The notes under the pieces were generated by a model. That model was not told the DNA's origin. It was given only the letters and a program-made list of their open reading frames with translations, and did not search any database. A DNA stretch of 64,000 nt, from NCBI GenBank assembly GCA_000320545.1, contig ADNK01001423.1, forward strand, positions 1 to 64,000, in the 5' to 3' direction. Source of the DNA: Bigelowiella natans CCMP2755. Lineage: Eukaryota; Protista; Cercozoa. This document shows positions 51,400 to 64,000 of the stretch, one piece after another. Both the position numbers and the translations under genes were made by a program. Each line of letters opens with the position of its first letter. Positions within the stretch are counted from its first letter, which is position 1.

Positions 51400-52615
51400 T
51401 TAAATTATATCGTTTTTAATGTTCTTTCCTTCGTGTTCTAGAGTCACGAGTACGGATTTCCAGGCTTGTGCGGTGGCTTCTGCTTCCTTTATTTGCAACT
51501 GCACAAACGATCTGAGAGCATGCTTTATATCCTGCACAGAATGAACAGCAAAATAAAAGTTTTGTAAAGCCTAATATATAACCATATTGCGTAATTAAGA
51601 CACTATATGGTAATCCTTCCTTGCAAGGTAGTATCATGATGCAATTAAGAATTCGCTACACTTTGTGTGACAAAATTGCAACTTTCCTTTTCCATTTATA
51701 CCTTTTGTTTTTCAACTTTAAAGCGGTTTTTCTCATTCAGGGCCGATCTTGTGATCTATAGAACCATGGTAATAGCAATAGTAGCGCACACACGCACGCA
51801 CACACGTACAGGCACGAAGACGTCATACTTGTAGCATAGCCGATCTACTAGAAATATTAATGTGATCTTACCTCTTTAAGTTCTTGTTGGGTTTCATCTA
51901 CATTGTTCTGAGCATTCTTCAAAGCCTTGATATCATCATAAGTTAGGCCGACATCTCAACGTCATCAGAAAAGTGTATAAGTATTCAAGGTAGGCGGCGC
52001 ATGATTGTTATCTCTCTCTCTCCTCACCGCTGTAGCAGCTTCTATGGAGCGTTTGTCAGCCGTGGACGCAGCCTTAATCGCATCTAGAAAAGCAATAATG
52101 GTGATGGCGGCACAATATGTGAAAATCAATATATTGATGGTGGGAATTAGAAGGAAGGATAAGAGGAACTCAATAATAATACATTGGTTATCTTTATGCG
52201 CACCACAATATATCATATCCCCCAGTGTTTGATGTGCTGTAAGATGCTCTATATGATGATGGTGTGACTATACTTAGAGAGGCCTTCTTCTTGCTTTGTA
52301 TGCTCAAAGCTATCTGATGTGTGTCTAGTGCCCTCTCACGATTCAGCAAGATCTTCTTCATAGAGCTTGACAGCGAAATATAGTCCTAATTCATATCAAT
52401 AAGAAGATGAAACACGTAAGTAAGAAGAAGATATTGTAGTAGTATTGCGGTTAGCCTTAACTTCTAAGGGTATGCGTCTTTGCTAACAGAAATACACTCT
52501 CTCCCCTCCACCTGATCATCATTTTCTCTATTCTTTCTGGTACGTAAAATATCACTACCACTATCACTACAATTACTAGCTTTACTGGTAATCCATTGAT
52601 ACCATCACCACAAAA

Positions 52616-52647
<32 letters not shown>

Positions 52648-53180
52648 TTACTGGTAGTACCTTCAATGGTTCGGCAAAATTCTCGATGCTCATGTCCACG
52701 GTTTGGGCCAAGATTACGGGCATGCGATCACAACATCGAGCAACCTTTGCCAGCAGACCTTGTGGATATTATGTGCAAGTAGCAGTAGAAGGAGGAGGAG
52801 GAGGAGGAGGAGGGGGGGGGAGGAACGAAGTACGAGTAGTAGTAGTAGTGGTAGTAGAAGTAGTAGCAGTAGCAGAATGAGTCATTCTCAACGTGCTGAT
52901 TGATTGTACTTGCTTCTTCAGTACCTCCAAGTGAAAATGATGATGATGATGACGACTGGTCTTTATAATCATCATTCTCCTCCTCCTCCTCCTCTTTGTC
53001 ATCTTCCTTTTCAGATTTTGCAATACCCATGAGGCAACGTCCCAGAGCTAACCACGACTTACCCTCCTCCTTGCGGCGTTCCAATAACTCTATTGAGGTC
53101 GCAAATGTGCTGCTGAACAGATGCTCTAGTTCGGAGCCTAGATATTATGACACGAATGTCTCCTCTTGTAGGTTCATCAC

Positions 53181-53215
<35 letters not shown>

Positions 53216-53491
53216 TCATTATCATGATCATATATATATACTTACAATGATGAGTTTCCCGACTGCACAGTTCATCTTCAGATGTTTTTGGCCTGAGATG
53301 ACTAGAAGCGGGCTTGGCACGTAGGATAAATGGCTTGAGCATAGCAGATCCAAATCCTGACAGCAGAGATCCGAGTGCTGCTGCTGCGGTGGTGCTACTA
53401 TTCCCAGTACTACTACTACTACTACTACTACTACTTATGTTGCTGTTACTGATGCTGCTGGAGGAAGAGGGAGAGCGAACTCCAGTGTTAT

Positions 53492-53525
<34 letters not shown>

Positions 53526-53989
53526 GGTTTTGGTCATGCTAGCTGAGGAGGAGGAGGAGGAGGAGGGGGAACTTGCAGCCAAAAACGTCTTTGCTTTCTC
53601 ACCTGTGAATGTACCCTTTTGTGCCACATGCACATATGTGAAACAATTAGTCTTTGGTAACTATTTTGGTTTGATTTTAGTGATTTTCATCTTCCTTTCT
53701 ACTTAAAAGAGTTCCCCTTATTCCCCCCCCCCCCCCCTCTCTCTCTCGATGTGTATGATTACGCGTTTTGCTTGCGTGGTGCATGCTGGATAATTAATTA
53801 TATTATGATATCTTTCATCCTCACCATCACCTCAACATCTTACTGAAAATCACCATCATCATGGTGTTCATCATATTCCGCTGCTATTCCTTACCTCCAT
53901 CCGGAGAAATAGTCTCAGGAGAGGATCGGGTCTAACGATATTGGTGATGATGGACACACACACACACACACACACACACTTTTTTCATC

Positions 53990-54020
<31 letters not shown>

Positions 54021-54030
54021 CGCTGATTTG

Positions 54031-54063
<33 letters not shown>

Positions 54064-55359
54064 TAATACCTTAGGATAGAATGGCCCAGCACCCTTATGA
54101 GGAATCGTTGCAATCCACGCATACGACTACTTACGAATTCAGCTTGGAATCTTCCTAAAACGGCCTTCTCAGGAAGGGGGGGTATGATGTAGCCAGGGTA
54201 CCTACGGGGTATGGAAGAAGAAGAAGAACAACAACAACAACAATAAAAGAAATGATTATCATGAGCAGGGCAACATATCATGCCATAGTTAGCAAGTACT
54301 TCACGTTAATTGTTCAATTGTCTCCTTCCTCTATGGCATCCGAAAATAATTCCGTGGTCATGCACTGCTGCTGCAATGTGAATGAAGCTCCTGTGGCCCT
54401 CTCCTCCCCCTCTTCTATGTTTTTACGAACTTGGATTCGAGAGTATGCTTGAGCCACACAAAGTCGCTATAACGGCGAAACACCCGTACTTGTTCCAATT
54501 TATGGTGCTGGTGCTCCTCCTCTTCCTCCTCGTCGGCATCATCATGTTTTCCACCAGCAAATGACACAACGATCGTGTACATCTAAATGATGAGGGGCAA
54601 CCAAATAAAGGAAGGCATAAATTATCTACGCCTCAAAACAAAGAGGGCTACATCGAGCAGCATCGTCACCACCACCATCACCACAGCCGCTACTGCAACA
54701 AGTACTACAACTACTACTTGTACACTACTACTACTACCATGTAGCTTCTATATCGGTCCACGTGCTTCGACGGATCTAACAAACAAGTGGTAACAACCAA
54801 AAGATACTATTATCGACTCAATTATGATAAAGGATGATTCTTCAAGGCATTATCAAAAATTTATTAGGTCTTAAAGACATTTGTTCTTTCAGCCTTTCCT
54901 GTATTACCGCACACTCGGACCGATGAAGCTATGGGAAGGGTGTGGTACCTCAGAGTTCCCCTCGCTCGATCTAAACGAAAACATAATAATTCAATATATT
55001 TTCAATGACAACGATACGATTGGCATTGACAATTCATTCGTCGTCTTCCTTTCTTTCTTTCTTTCTATCATAGCAGCACCTTTCTCTTCTTGCATTCCTT
55101 CTCTCAATTTCGTCTTATGCATTGTCAATCCATCCTTCACCACATCTCTTGAGATATGTATAATGTCGTTATTGATGGCGGTGGTGGTGTCATTAGGATC
55201 AGAAGCAGCAGCACTGGTTTCGGTGACATCATTCACCACGTTTCGGGAATTTAGCGAAGCATGAGACTCGCCTTTAAGCTCGTTTGCAGCTACCACATCA
55301 ATGGGATCTTCCACGATGCGTTTTTTCTCTTCATTACACGTAGCGCTCTCCTCTCTCAT
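51400..55359 (-). CDS. Sorting nexin (PX domain plus BAR/Vps5-like C-terminus), multi-exon
   Basis: PX motifs DPSKHVDRYRSYM, VFRRYSDFVWL, K|YPGYIIPPLPEKAVLGRFQAEFVSSRMRGLQRFL. The helical C-terminal exon DIKHALRSFVQLQIKEAEATAQAWKSV ends at TAA 51400. The start codon is uncertain. Confidence 0.85.
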
Positions 55360-55840
55360 AGTTGCTGCTGCTATTACGTGCTTGGTCTGTGATGATGAGA
55401 ACCAACCCCTCAAACCGGAACAAAGGAGGAGGATGATAAGGAGAAGTGGGGTTTACGTGGTGGTGTATGACAGTACATTTTTACGTATTATTTGGCTGAT
55501 AATCGAGTCGCAGTCAACCTTGACAAGCGATTTGTTGAAAGAATAACAATCCCCCGAATACTACCGGATACTCACTACATGTGTGCCAATAACTCGGGGT
55601 AAGAATTGAAAGGAACTTAATGATGATGATGATGATGATGATGATAAGGAGGAGGAGGAGGAGAAGGCTGTGATCAACAGCAGCAAATGGACTCCACCGT
55701 TGCTACTACCTGAAATTACGACTACACGACTACAGTACCGTAGCAGCAGGTCCCTATTACCTTAGAAAATTCCTTCTCCACTTCCACATCTCGTACTGTT
55801 ATTAATATTCACATTCCTAACTCTAGCCTATCCACGAATA
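55360..55840. promoter_or_regulatory. Head-to-head spacer, probable bidirectional promoter (sorting nexin / cyclin)
   Basis: About 480 bp between the inferred divergent ATGs. Confidence 0.45.
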
Positions 55841-56170
55841 ATGAGCGGTGCAAGTGATGACTGGCACACTGTGTCGCTGAGAAGGACTGAGGAAGAGCTC
55901 AGGTCAGTTGCTCTGTTCAAAACCACCACCACGAAAGGATAGTGTCACAATTATATCTAAAATAGATATGAAATAGGCCTAAATTGAACACCAAAAAGGA
56001 GCTCTTCAACACGCCATCAAGGAAGGATGGCATCGATGAGAAAACTGAAAACAAGATTAGGAGGTTTGTGCTTCCTCCACCTCCTCCTTCTCCTCCTCTC
56101 ACTTCTAGCCCTCATTCGTAATCATCGACTATGACGACTTCTCATGACCCTATTATTCTGATGAAAGGGG

Positions 56171-56226
<56 letters not shown>

Positions 56227-58181
56227 AAAACGACAACCTAATCTAGTGGTTATTGTAGAGAAATTTTAAATTTGGTTGCGTTATAAACAATGTGCCTGAA
56301 TAAATACAGGAAATCTGTCGCTTTAATTCAAGAAGCTGGGATCCGGCTAGAACTGTACGATGATACGAAGAACTTGAATAATACCCTAACTACTACATTT
56401 ACACCAACTACACTACTTTCTTATCAATGCAATCAACAACTATATATGATAAGGGTCCTATTATGTCGCAAAGATGATGATACTTACTTTTAGAGTTTGA
56501 TCATTTTCGCCACCACCCCAGCACACTTCTGATGTAGTACCAATTTTGAACTACTACTACTACTCTGATCTGAACGACAAAGTGGAGAATCACTCAAGAA
56601 AAGATGAATGCTTCCAAATTCCTCCAGATCTGTTCTATTTCTCTGATTTTCGTTTTCAATAATTTCTTTCTTTTGTTCTTTGAGAAAGGCCGTGCCAAGC
56701 AATCTGCACGGCAATTCACTTCTTCCATCAGTTCTATGCCAAATGTAGCCTCAAAAAGTATCCGCATTTGGTAGGTATTAGCTACTAGTTTTGAAGGAGA
56801 ATCTATTAGTCGGTAGTTTTAAAGGAGAATGAACCAATTGCTTCAAAACAAGTTGGATTGTGATGTTGATGTTTATAATGATGATTATTATGATTACGAT
56901 GGATTGCTTCATATCACCACGATCATCATCATCATCATCATCATTATTATCATCATCTTCCCGTACATTTGCTGTATGCACAATACAGCTGACTGCCCAA
57001 ACCTGTCTCTTTCTGGCCTCAAAAGTAGAAGAAACGAGTAGGAGGATCAGAGGTGGTTCATGCGTTAATTGATTTGATACATATTAGTAATAATTATCAA
57101 GTTGTCATATTACTCTAGATTCGATAATAATAATAATTATTATTATTAACAAATAATAATAGATGTAATGAATACCACATACCGGTTGCGACACCCAGAC
57201 AAGCCCCCTCTTCAAGTCACCGACACGGAGGTGGGTATAAGTACTGCAACGATTCATAGTTTTCTTATCATCAAACGACAACAACAACAACAACTGCTAA
57301 CACACACCAGGGCTATTGGCAAATGAAGGATACCGTCGTGAGACATGAGCAGCTTGTGCTTAGAGTCTTGGGGTTCAATATGTCATCGCGACATCCCCAT
57401 CAGTATGCATTGCATTTTCTACAGGATCTTAATGGTTATTACTTATATTCGTACATGACGTTGTTACATGATGAATCATGATGACGATGATGATGATGAT
57501 GATGACTGCTGATAATCATCAATAACCATCAAGAAAATGCTCATAATAACCGGATGAGTCGCCTCCCTTTCTCACTCACCCTCTTTCTTCCCCCCCCCCT
57601 TCCTCTCTCTCTATGTATGTGTGGATGTGGGTGTGCTGAGCATGTGGCATCATCATCCATCATTTCAGTGGGAAAATCTATTTGATTTTGCAGGACGTAA
57701 GAATAGCGAATGATTTCTTGGTCTTCTTCTCGTTGTTGTTGTTATTGTTTGTCTCTCATCATACGGAGTCAGGTTCCGAGGAATTAGCCATTCTTACATG
57801 GAGTCTGCTCAATGATAGGTATTGTTTGTTAATTGATAATAATAATGTACAACAACAAAAGCAACTCGATAAAATGCTAAGATTGAAAGGCTAAACAGCA
57901 GTTGCAAATGATAAAAAGAAGAAGAAGAAGAAGAAGAAGAAGAAGAAGAAGAAGAAGACTGCGTCGTCGTCTTGTAGCCGTGTGCTTTTTGTGCTTAGTG
58001 ACCCGTGTCTCCTTCTATCTCATATATAATATGATGTAGTTGATAAGTGCTGAATCTATCGTCGTCGTGATCTTACCTACATACTACGACTACATTGCAG
58101 CCTTCGTACGACTCTCTGTCTTCAGTACAAGCCCGGTAGGTCTTTCTTTAGTCCCTCCCCCCATCTCTCTCTCCTCTCTCT

Positions 58182-58230
<49 letters not shown>

Positions 58231-58886
58231 CACATCGAAAAAGAGAGGAAAGGGGATGTGTGTATTTGGATGATCATTTGTTATGTTAACAGAGATGCTA
58301 TTTTGCGATCGAAAATTATTATATTCGTGATTATAATCACCATCAAATTGTTTTTCATCATCATCATCAGAACCTATTGCATGCGCCGCAATATATCTTG
58401 CAGCTGAGATGATGAACCAGCAGGTTGTGATCATCATTTCTTCCGAAGAAAAACCCATCATCATCGAAGAAATCAATTAATCAATTTGTTTATTCTCATT
58501 TTTTAACTCCAATATTAAAATATAAAGTGCATGCAAGTTATGATTCTAAAGTGTAGGAAATATTGATGATACTGCTACTTCTACTAGATATAGTACACAT
58601 CATCAACATCATCATCATCATCATCATCATCATAATGACATCATTCTTAGATTGGGCGTGATGGAGAATGGTGGCACAAGTTCGGCACAAATCGTCATGA
58701 AATTGAAGATATTTGCATGCAGGTGATGCTTGCTGTATAGCAAGTACTGATACAGAATGATGCAATCAGTGGATACATGGATGGATACATGCATAATTTT
58801 CAATAAATGCCAACTCCTTTTCGCTCTCTCTTTCTCTCTGTCTTCCTCTTCTCTTCCTCTTTTCTTCCATACCTAGCTGCACGTAA

Positions 58887-58931
<45 letters not shown>

Positions 58932-58997
58932 TCTTTCACACAAATACACACGCACATATTTTTTTTATCATATAGTATATATGTATAAATACAAATA

Positions 58998-59033
<36 letters not shown>

Positions 59034-59247
59034 TATTTTACGTGTACAATTTTCACTCACTCTCCAATGTATTTTCACCTTTCGACAGATGCTGAACTTA
59101 TACGAGGAAAGCGATTCTGTTTTGTGTGAGGCGGACATGGGTAGCAATCTTAAATATAAGGATCTTTTCTCAGAGAAGAATATCTCGCTTAAAGTAGCAG
59201 TCCCTGCCGATCGTAAGCAGTCCAAGAATTCAAAGCTAGATTCATAG
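55841..59247 (+). CDS. Transcriptional-type cyclin (cyclin T/K/L/Q clade), multi-exon
   Basis: Spliced: TPSRKDGIDEKTE, LIQEAGIRLEL|PCQAICTAIHFFHQFY, TCLFLASKVEE, EQLVLRVLGF..HPHQY, WSLLND|SLRTTLCLQYKP|EPIACAAIYLA, WWHKF..IEDICM|QMLNLYEE. The subfamily cannot be resolved by eye. Confidence 0.88.
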
Positions 59248-59299
59248 CAGAACGAGATTCTGGTGGCAGCAGCAAGAGTCTAACATGAAAATGTTGCAT

Positions 59300-60060
59300 T
59301 CTTTTTGTCGTAGCATGCACGAAAACAGTTGAGTAATTGATTTACATTTGCCTCTGGATACAGTCGACATTAGAGCAGGATACTAATAGCTTGCAATTTT
59401 CCTTCTCATTCATTGAAATAATTCGCCGAGACTCACGCCGCTAACATGCTGCACCATACTAGCATAGAATGCGTGCATATTTCACAACACACAATTAAAA
59501 TGTGGCCAATGGGCGACCCTCTATTTCCGGCTCCTGACAACTGGCACTCACAAGCATCATAATTAATTGCGATGGCTAGCACGCGTCGTAGCTCGTAAGG
59601 CAAGTTTGCATCGCATATGCGCAATTTGCAATAATACCAAGGCGCTATAGTTAGCTAGCTAGCTAGTTATTAGTCTCCTACGTACAGGCCTTATAATACG
59701 ATGCCCGAATTAGATACAATAACGACATAGAAAACATTGTTTAAATGAGATATTGGCGTTGTTATCGCCAGCGGCAACACTTTAACTTAGCGCATCGTAG
59801 CAAGCAAGCAAATGTGAAGGCGCGTACGCTTAACACAAGCCGAGCTCGTCACGCGCGACGCCTTCTAGCCTCGCTAGCTCGCAGCTAAGAGCACGTTTGT
59901 TGCCATGCATGCAGCATCATCACAATGCAATGAGAGAAGCTAGGAATGTGGAAGCATCGATCGCGCATTGCCTTATCATATAAAATAAATGCACTTATGC
60001 AACGGAGTATTTTATCGAGCTACTACTAGTACAAGTACTACTACTAGTAGCAGAAACTAA
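59300..60060. other. Palindrome-rich convergent spacer (cyclin / TFIIH p44)
   Basis: gcatgc, gcgtgcatat, ggctagc, gcatatgc, agctagctagctag, gctagctcgcagc and gcatcgatcgcgc between stops at 59247 and 60104. Confidence 0.65.
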
Positions 60061-60103
60061 TTTGTTTCAGATACAACTATCTCTGCTTAAGAATCAACTT
60101 TTA

Positions 60104-60424
60104 CTACATCGTCATCGATAAACAACCTAACAACAAATCATTGCAATTAACGCCTTAGCGAAAACCCACAGCCATGCCATAATTCGACAAACACAGGCAA
60201 AAACACACAAACGCATAATGGCTATGTCTCTTCTCTTACAATAATAATAATAATGATAATAATGGTAGCTTGAATGACCTGGGCAGTTATGCAACGATTC
60301 GTGGATATATATGTCGCAGTCCACACAGAAGCGTTCATTGCACTGAGATTAGTAGGGGGGCTGCTATTAGGATTTCATAACATACATAAAAAATAATATT
60401 ACAAATAAAATAAAAATGTCCATG

Positions 60425-60462
<38 letters not shown>

Positions 60463-63288
60463 GCCTCTGTGTGATATGTTTGTTTGGTTACCTTTGGACA
60501 TCTTACAACCACACGTTCGAAAGTATTTAATTTTCGTTGGCAACCAAAACAATCTCCTTCCCAGAAATGATGGAGCAGCTCATTGTTTTCTTCTTCTTCG
60601 CCTTGTACCTTTTTTCCTTCTTTCTTGTTCAAAGATATACTATTATTTACGCTTCTCTTATCTGCTGCTACGCCATTCCCATCGGCCCCTCCTTCATCAA
60701 TTTTTCCTTTAATCTTTCCTGTAGCTACTGCACTCTGAACATCATCGCGAAGAACGAGGAGGAGGAGGAGGAGGATCACACACCATCATCATAATCATCA
60801 TCATCATCATCACTATGGTCATCCATGTCATCACTACTATACCAACGGAGGAACACACGACCGAGAATGAATCAAATAAGGAAAAGGGTGATTGATAATA
60901 AAGGGAAAATATAATGAGACTACTGGCTACGCGGGTTCTTCTTCTTCTTCTTCTTCTCCTCCCTCTCTTTCTTCTCCTCATTTTCTCCCAACCAACCAAC
61001 TAAATCTTTCCTTTGCCATAACCACTACTATGACATTTACAAGATCTTGCTTATTCTTTTTCATATTCCTCCCCACATGCACACTACTACTACTACTACT
61101 ACTACTACTATGTTCAAACTGCTATTCTTATTGATAGTACTTGCGGTAGAGAAGGACGAGGAGGAGGAGTCTTGTTTATTTCCACAAATTCATTCACAGG
61201 AAATAAGTGGTGGTAGCAACGGGCAAGATGTTGTGATGACACCTTATTATTATTATAATTCTTAATATCAATCTTCATTCTTGATTCGTTCAGAAGAGGA
61301 TATCACGGGTAATAACATGACTCAGGAGATTCAATTGACATATGACGATGATGATGATGATGATGATGATTGATGATGAGGATGATGCTTCTGCAGCAGG
61401 ACATATATGGCACGAAACAAGAGCAAGAAAGGACAAAGATAGAATCATCGGTGAGAACAGTTCAAGTGATGATGATAGCAGCGTAAAAATTTTATTTGAG
61501 ATTATCATACATGACGATAACGACAAGTGATAGCGTAAACATTTTCATTGAGATTATGATACATGACGATGACACAAGAACAACAAACAACACAGGGATA
61601 ATGTAAGAAACAAATGCTGATAAAAAATGTCTTCTTCTTCTTCTTATTATTATTTCTTTTCTTGTTACGAGTGTTCTTCCGCAGATGTGGCAAGTTGTCG
61701 GCAATTCGCACGACTTCGATTTGCATTTTGGACAAAAATAGCCGGTGTAACTGAACTCATCGTGGCACTGATAGTAGTAGTAGAAGTAGCAGGAGCAGCA
61801 GTAGTAGTAGTAGTAGTAATAGTAGCAGAAGTAGCGTTGAAAATATTAGAATCAACATCATCATCACAATCATGTGCGGTATTGCGGCATGATAATATCT
61901 GTTGTAGCAGTAGCAATTCTACTGGATAAAGCTTACACTGCATAGGGTCGGGTAGTTGGTAGTTTTCTTCCTTGGAAACCCCATTCGAATCCATTTCCTT
62001 AACTTTCGGCCAGTACCAGCGCCCTGAGTCAGTCACAGTCAGTGATTCGTTGCAATATACATCATGTTTGTTCTTTGAATACTACGAGATTATATGAATA
62101 GTTGTGGGGGAAAGAACAAAGTAGACCACGATACAAACTAAGAACAAAATAGATCACGATACAAACTAAAAGGGCAAAATCATCAATTAAATGATGCGAA
62201 TGTTGATAGAGGAGCGGACGACTTTCCTACAGCGGAAGAGACACGATTCCTTTCTCCCTCCTCTCTATCTTCTTCGTGATTATTATTCGTGATAATCTCT
62301 TCCATGCACTACTCCAAGATGTATAATCCTTCTTCATCTGTCTTCTACCTGTTGGTTGGTAGAGGAAATCTCGATTCCAAATGGCTTTACATGTGCAAGT
62401 ACACAGTCCTCGTAGCAGTTGTCCGAAGAAGTCTGGCTGCTCTTTCTCACGACGTCGTAGCGACCTAGTAGTAGTAGTAGCAGTGATAGTGAGACATAAC
62501 ACATATCATATTCATTCATCACCACTATGAGATCAGAGAGATGGTACACCTACCAGCTCCTCCCTACACTGCTACATCTACAGCAACTACATATTAATTC
62601 TAAATGTTATCATTATTGTTGTAAATTACTACCTTTTGTGCATTCAGTGAGCTTCTTACATACATGCATCTGCGCCGCAAGACCGATCACTGAGACTCTA
62701 ACGAAAAGGAATTGGAACAATAATATTACATGTTAAAGAAAGAGAAAATGTCAATATTATTTACCATATATTCAATCTATCTTCTGCGTGAAGGGCGACG
62801 ACGACACCGACGACGACAAGCTATTATCATTACAGGTGTCGTCGTAATTGATCATACATAGTCACACCACCACCTTATCTTGTGTTCCTGTAGCGTCTTA
62901 AAGGTCTCAAAGATATTTCCAGGATCGCAAGTACTCAATGACCCCATCACGACCAGAATCTTTAATTAAATAACGTTAGTACCAATACCACTGTTTTTTT
63001 CCATTTATTTTCACCGCCTCGTCCTTTCCCTTCTACAACAACTTATTTCTATTACCTCCCGACTGCCGTATGGAGGAATATGTCGCAACGATGCAATAGC
63101 ACACTCAAGCGTATTCTGAAGTGAGAATTCTCCTCCGGAGTGCAAATAGCCTTTGGTGACTCGCTTTAGATTCAAGAGTTGCTGTGTTGGATTTCCAGAG
63201 AGCTCAGTGATCTTGTGCGCTATCCTGTCACATCCAATCACAAGGCCTGGCAGTACAAAATTAATCACGGGACTATAACAACTCGCAA

Positions 63289-63321
<33 letters not shown>

Positions 63322-63945
63322 GAAGTTTGTTCATATTATTATTCTTTATAGAATTAAGTACTACCTAGCTGAGAGATAGGGTTTTGGTTGAAGTACTCCT
63401 TAATAAACTTGCTAATAACTTTCTCGGTCGCAAGCTTCCTCGTCGGCTTTAAGTCTCGTGAATTCATAGCTAATCATGAATAATGCATAGATTGAGTACA
63501 TATAAGGAATGCACGTCTGTACTTCATCAACTAACGGTTTATTGACTTTTCTTTCACGAGTAGAATCAGCGAACAACCACACTACTCACCTTTTGAAAAG
63601 TCAAGAATGATCGTGAGGTATCTGACCATTCCTTTCTCTACGTTCTCTAGTCGTGATATCTTCATCCTATTTGAAACCATCCATCGTGACCAATCCAACC
63701 ACCCACACACACGCACAAGCGGCCATTGTTATAAATTTGAAGGGATGTTAAATAATATAATTTAAGCATAACGAGGGAACACAATCAATTGCAGATTCTA
63801 GCTGTACACATACATACCTCTTCCTCTTCTCGCGATCGATGCTGATCTGCCTCGCCTTCAGCTCTCCTTTGCGGCTCTCTGGGACGTTCTCCCATGTCCG
63901 TTCAAGGTCGCGCTCCCATGCGTGATTATCCTCCTTAGTCAGCAT
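60104..63945 (-). CDS. GTF2H2: TFIIH subunit p44 (GTF2H2/SSL1); 5' end probably beyond the window
   Basis: AWERDLERTWENV, RGMVRYLTIILDFSK|AMNSRDLKPTR..EYFNQNPISQL, ELSGNP, GEFSLQNTLE, IPPYGSRE|..GSLSTCDPGNI, VIGLAAQ, PTTCHICGRTLV, C-terminal FCVDCDIYIHESLHNCPG|C. Confidence 0.95.
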
Positions 63946-64000
63946 ACAAGCTTCAATATTGAGCCAGAACGTAGTATGATCGTTTAGCTGTTATTATTAC

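Noticed and set aside
1-64000. tRNA/rRNA genes, autonomous transposons, alternative genetic code
   Set aside because: I recognised no such RNA or transposase/RT motifs by eye (a tRNAscan/Rfam run would be needed to exclude them). TAA, TAG and TGA all terminate conserved genes.

Overview
Gene-dense eukaryotic nuclear DNA with GT-AG spliceosomal introns, the standard genetic code and many microsatellites. It looks like a protist genome; a chlorarachniophyte/rhizarian origin is only a guess. Splicing exons by eye gives 15 protein-coding genes: RAPTOR (-, 3' end outside the window), IQ+PDZ protein (+), SPT7/TAF8-type histone-fold protein (-), SMC1 (+), RasGAP-PIP5K-like fusion (-), atypical Ser/Thr kinase (+), membrane-anchored alpha/beta-hydrolase (-), C2-domain protein (+), importin-11-like (-), RAD50 (+), cold-shock-domain protein (-), CWC15 (+), sorting nexin (-), transcriptional cyclin (+) and TFIIH p44/SSL1 (-, 5' end probably outside). 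The strongest unexplained signal is architectural. All 15 genes alternate strand without exception. All seven tail-to-tail spacers carry a palindrome-rich sequence (CTAG/CATG/TGCA words), including nine exact copies of CATGCTAGCATG and four copies of a ~55-65 bp dispersed element, none of which I saw in genes or head-to-head spacers. Several proteins have substituted catalytic residues. All exon boundaries and counts were made by eye and need RNA-seq or computational confirmation.
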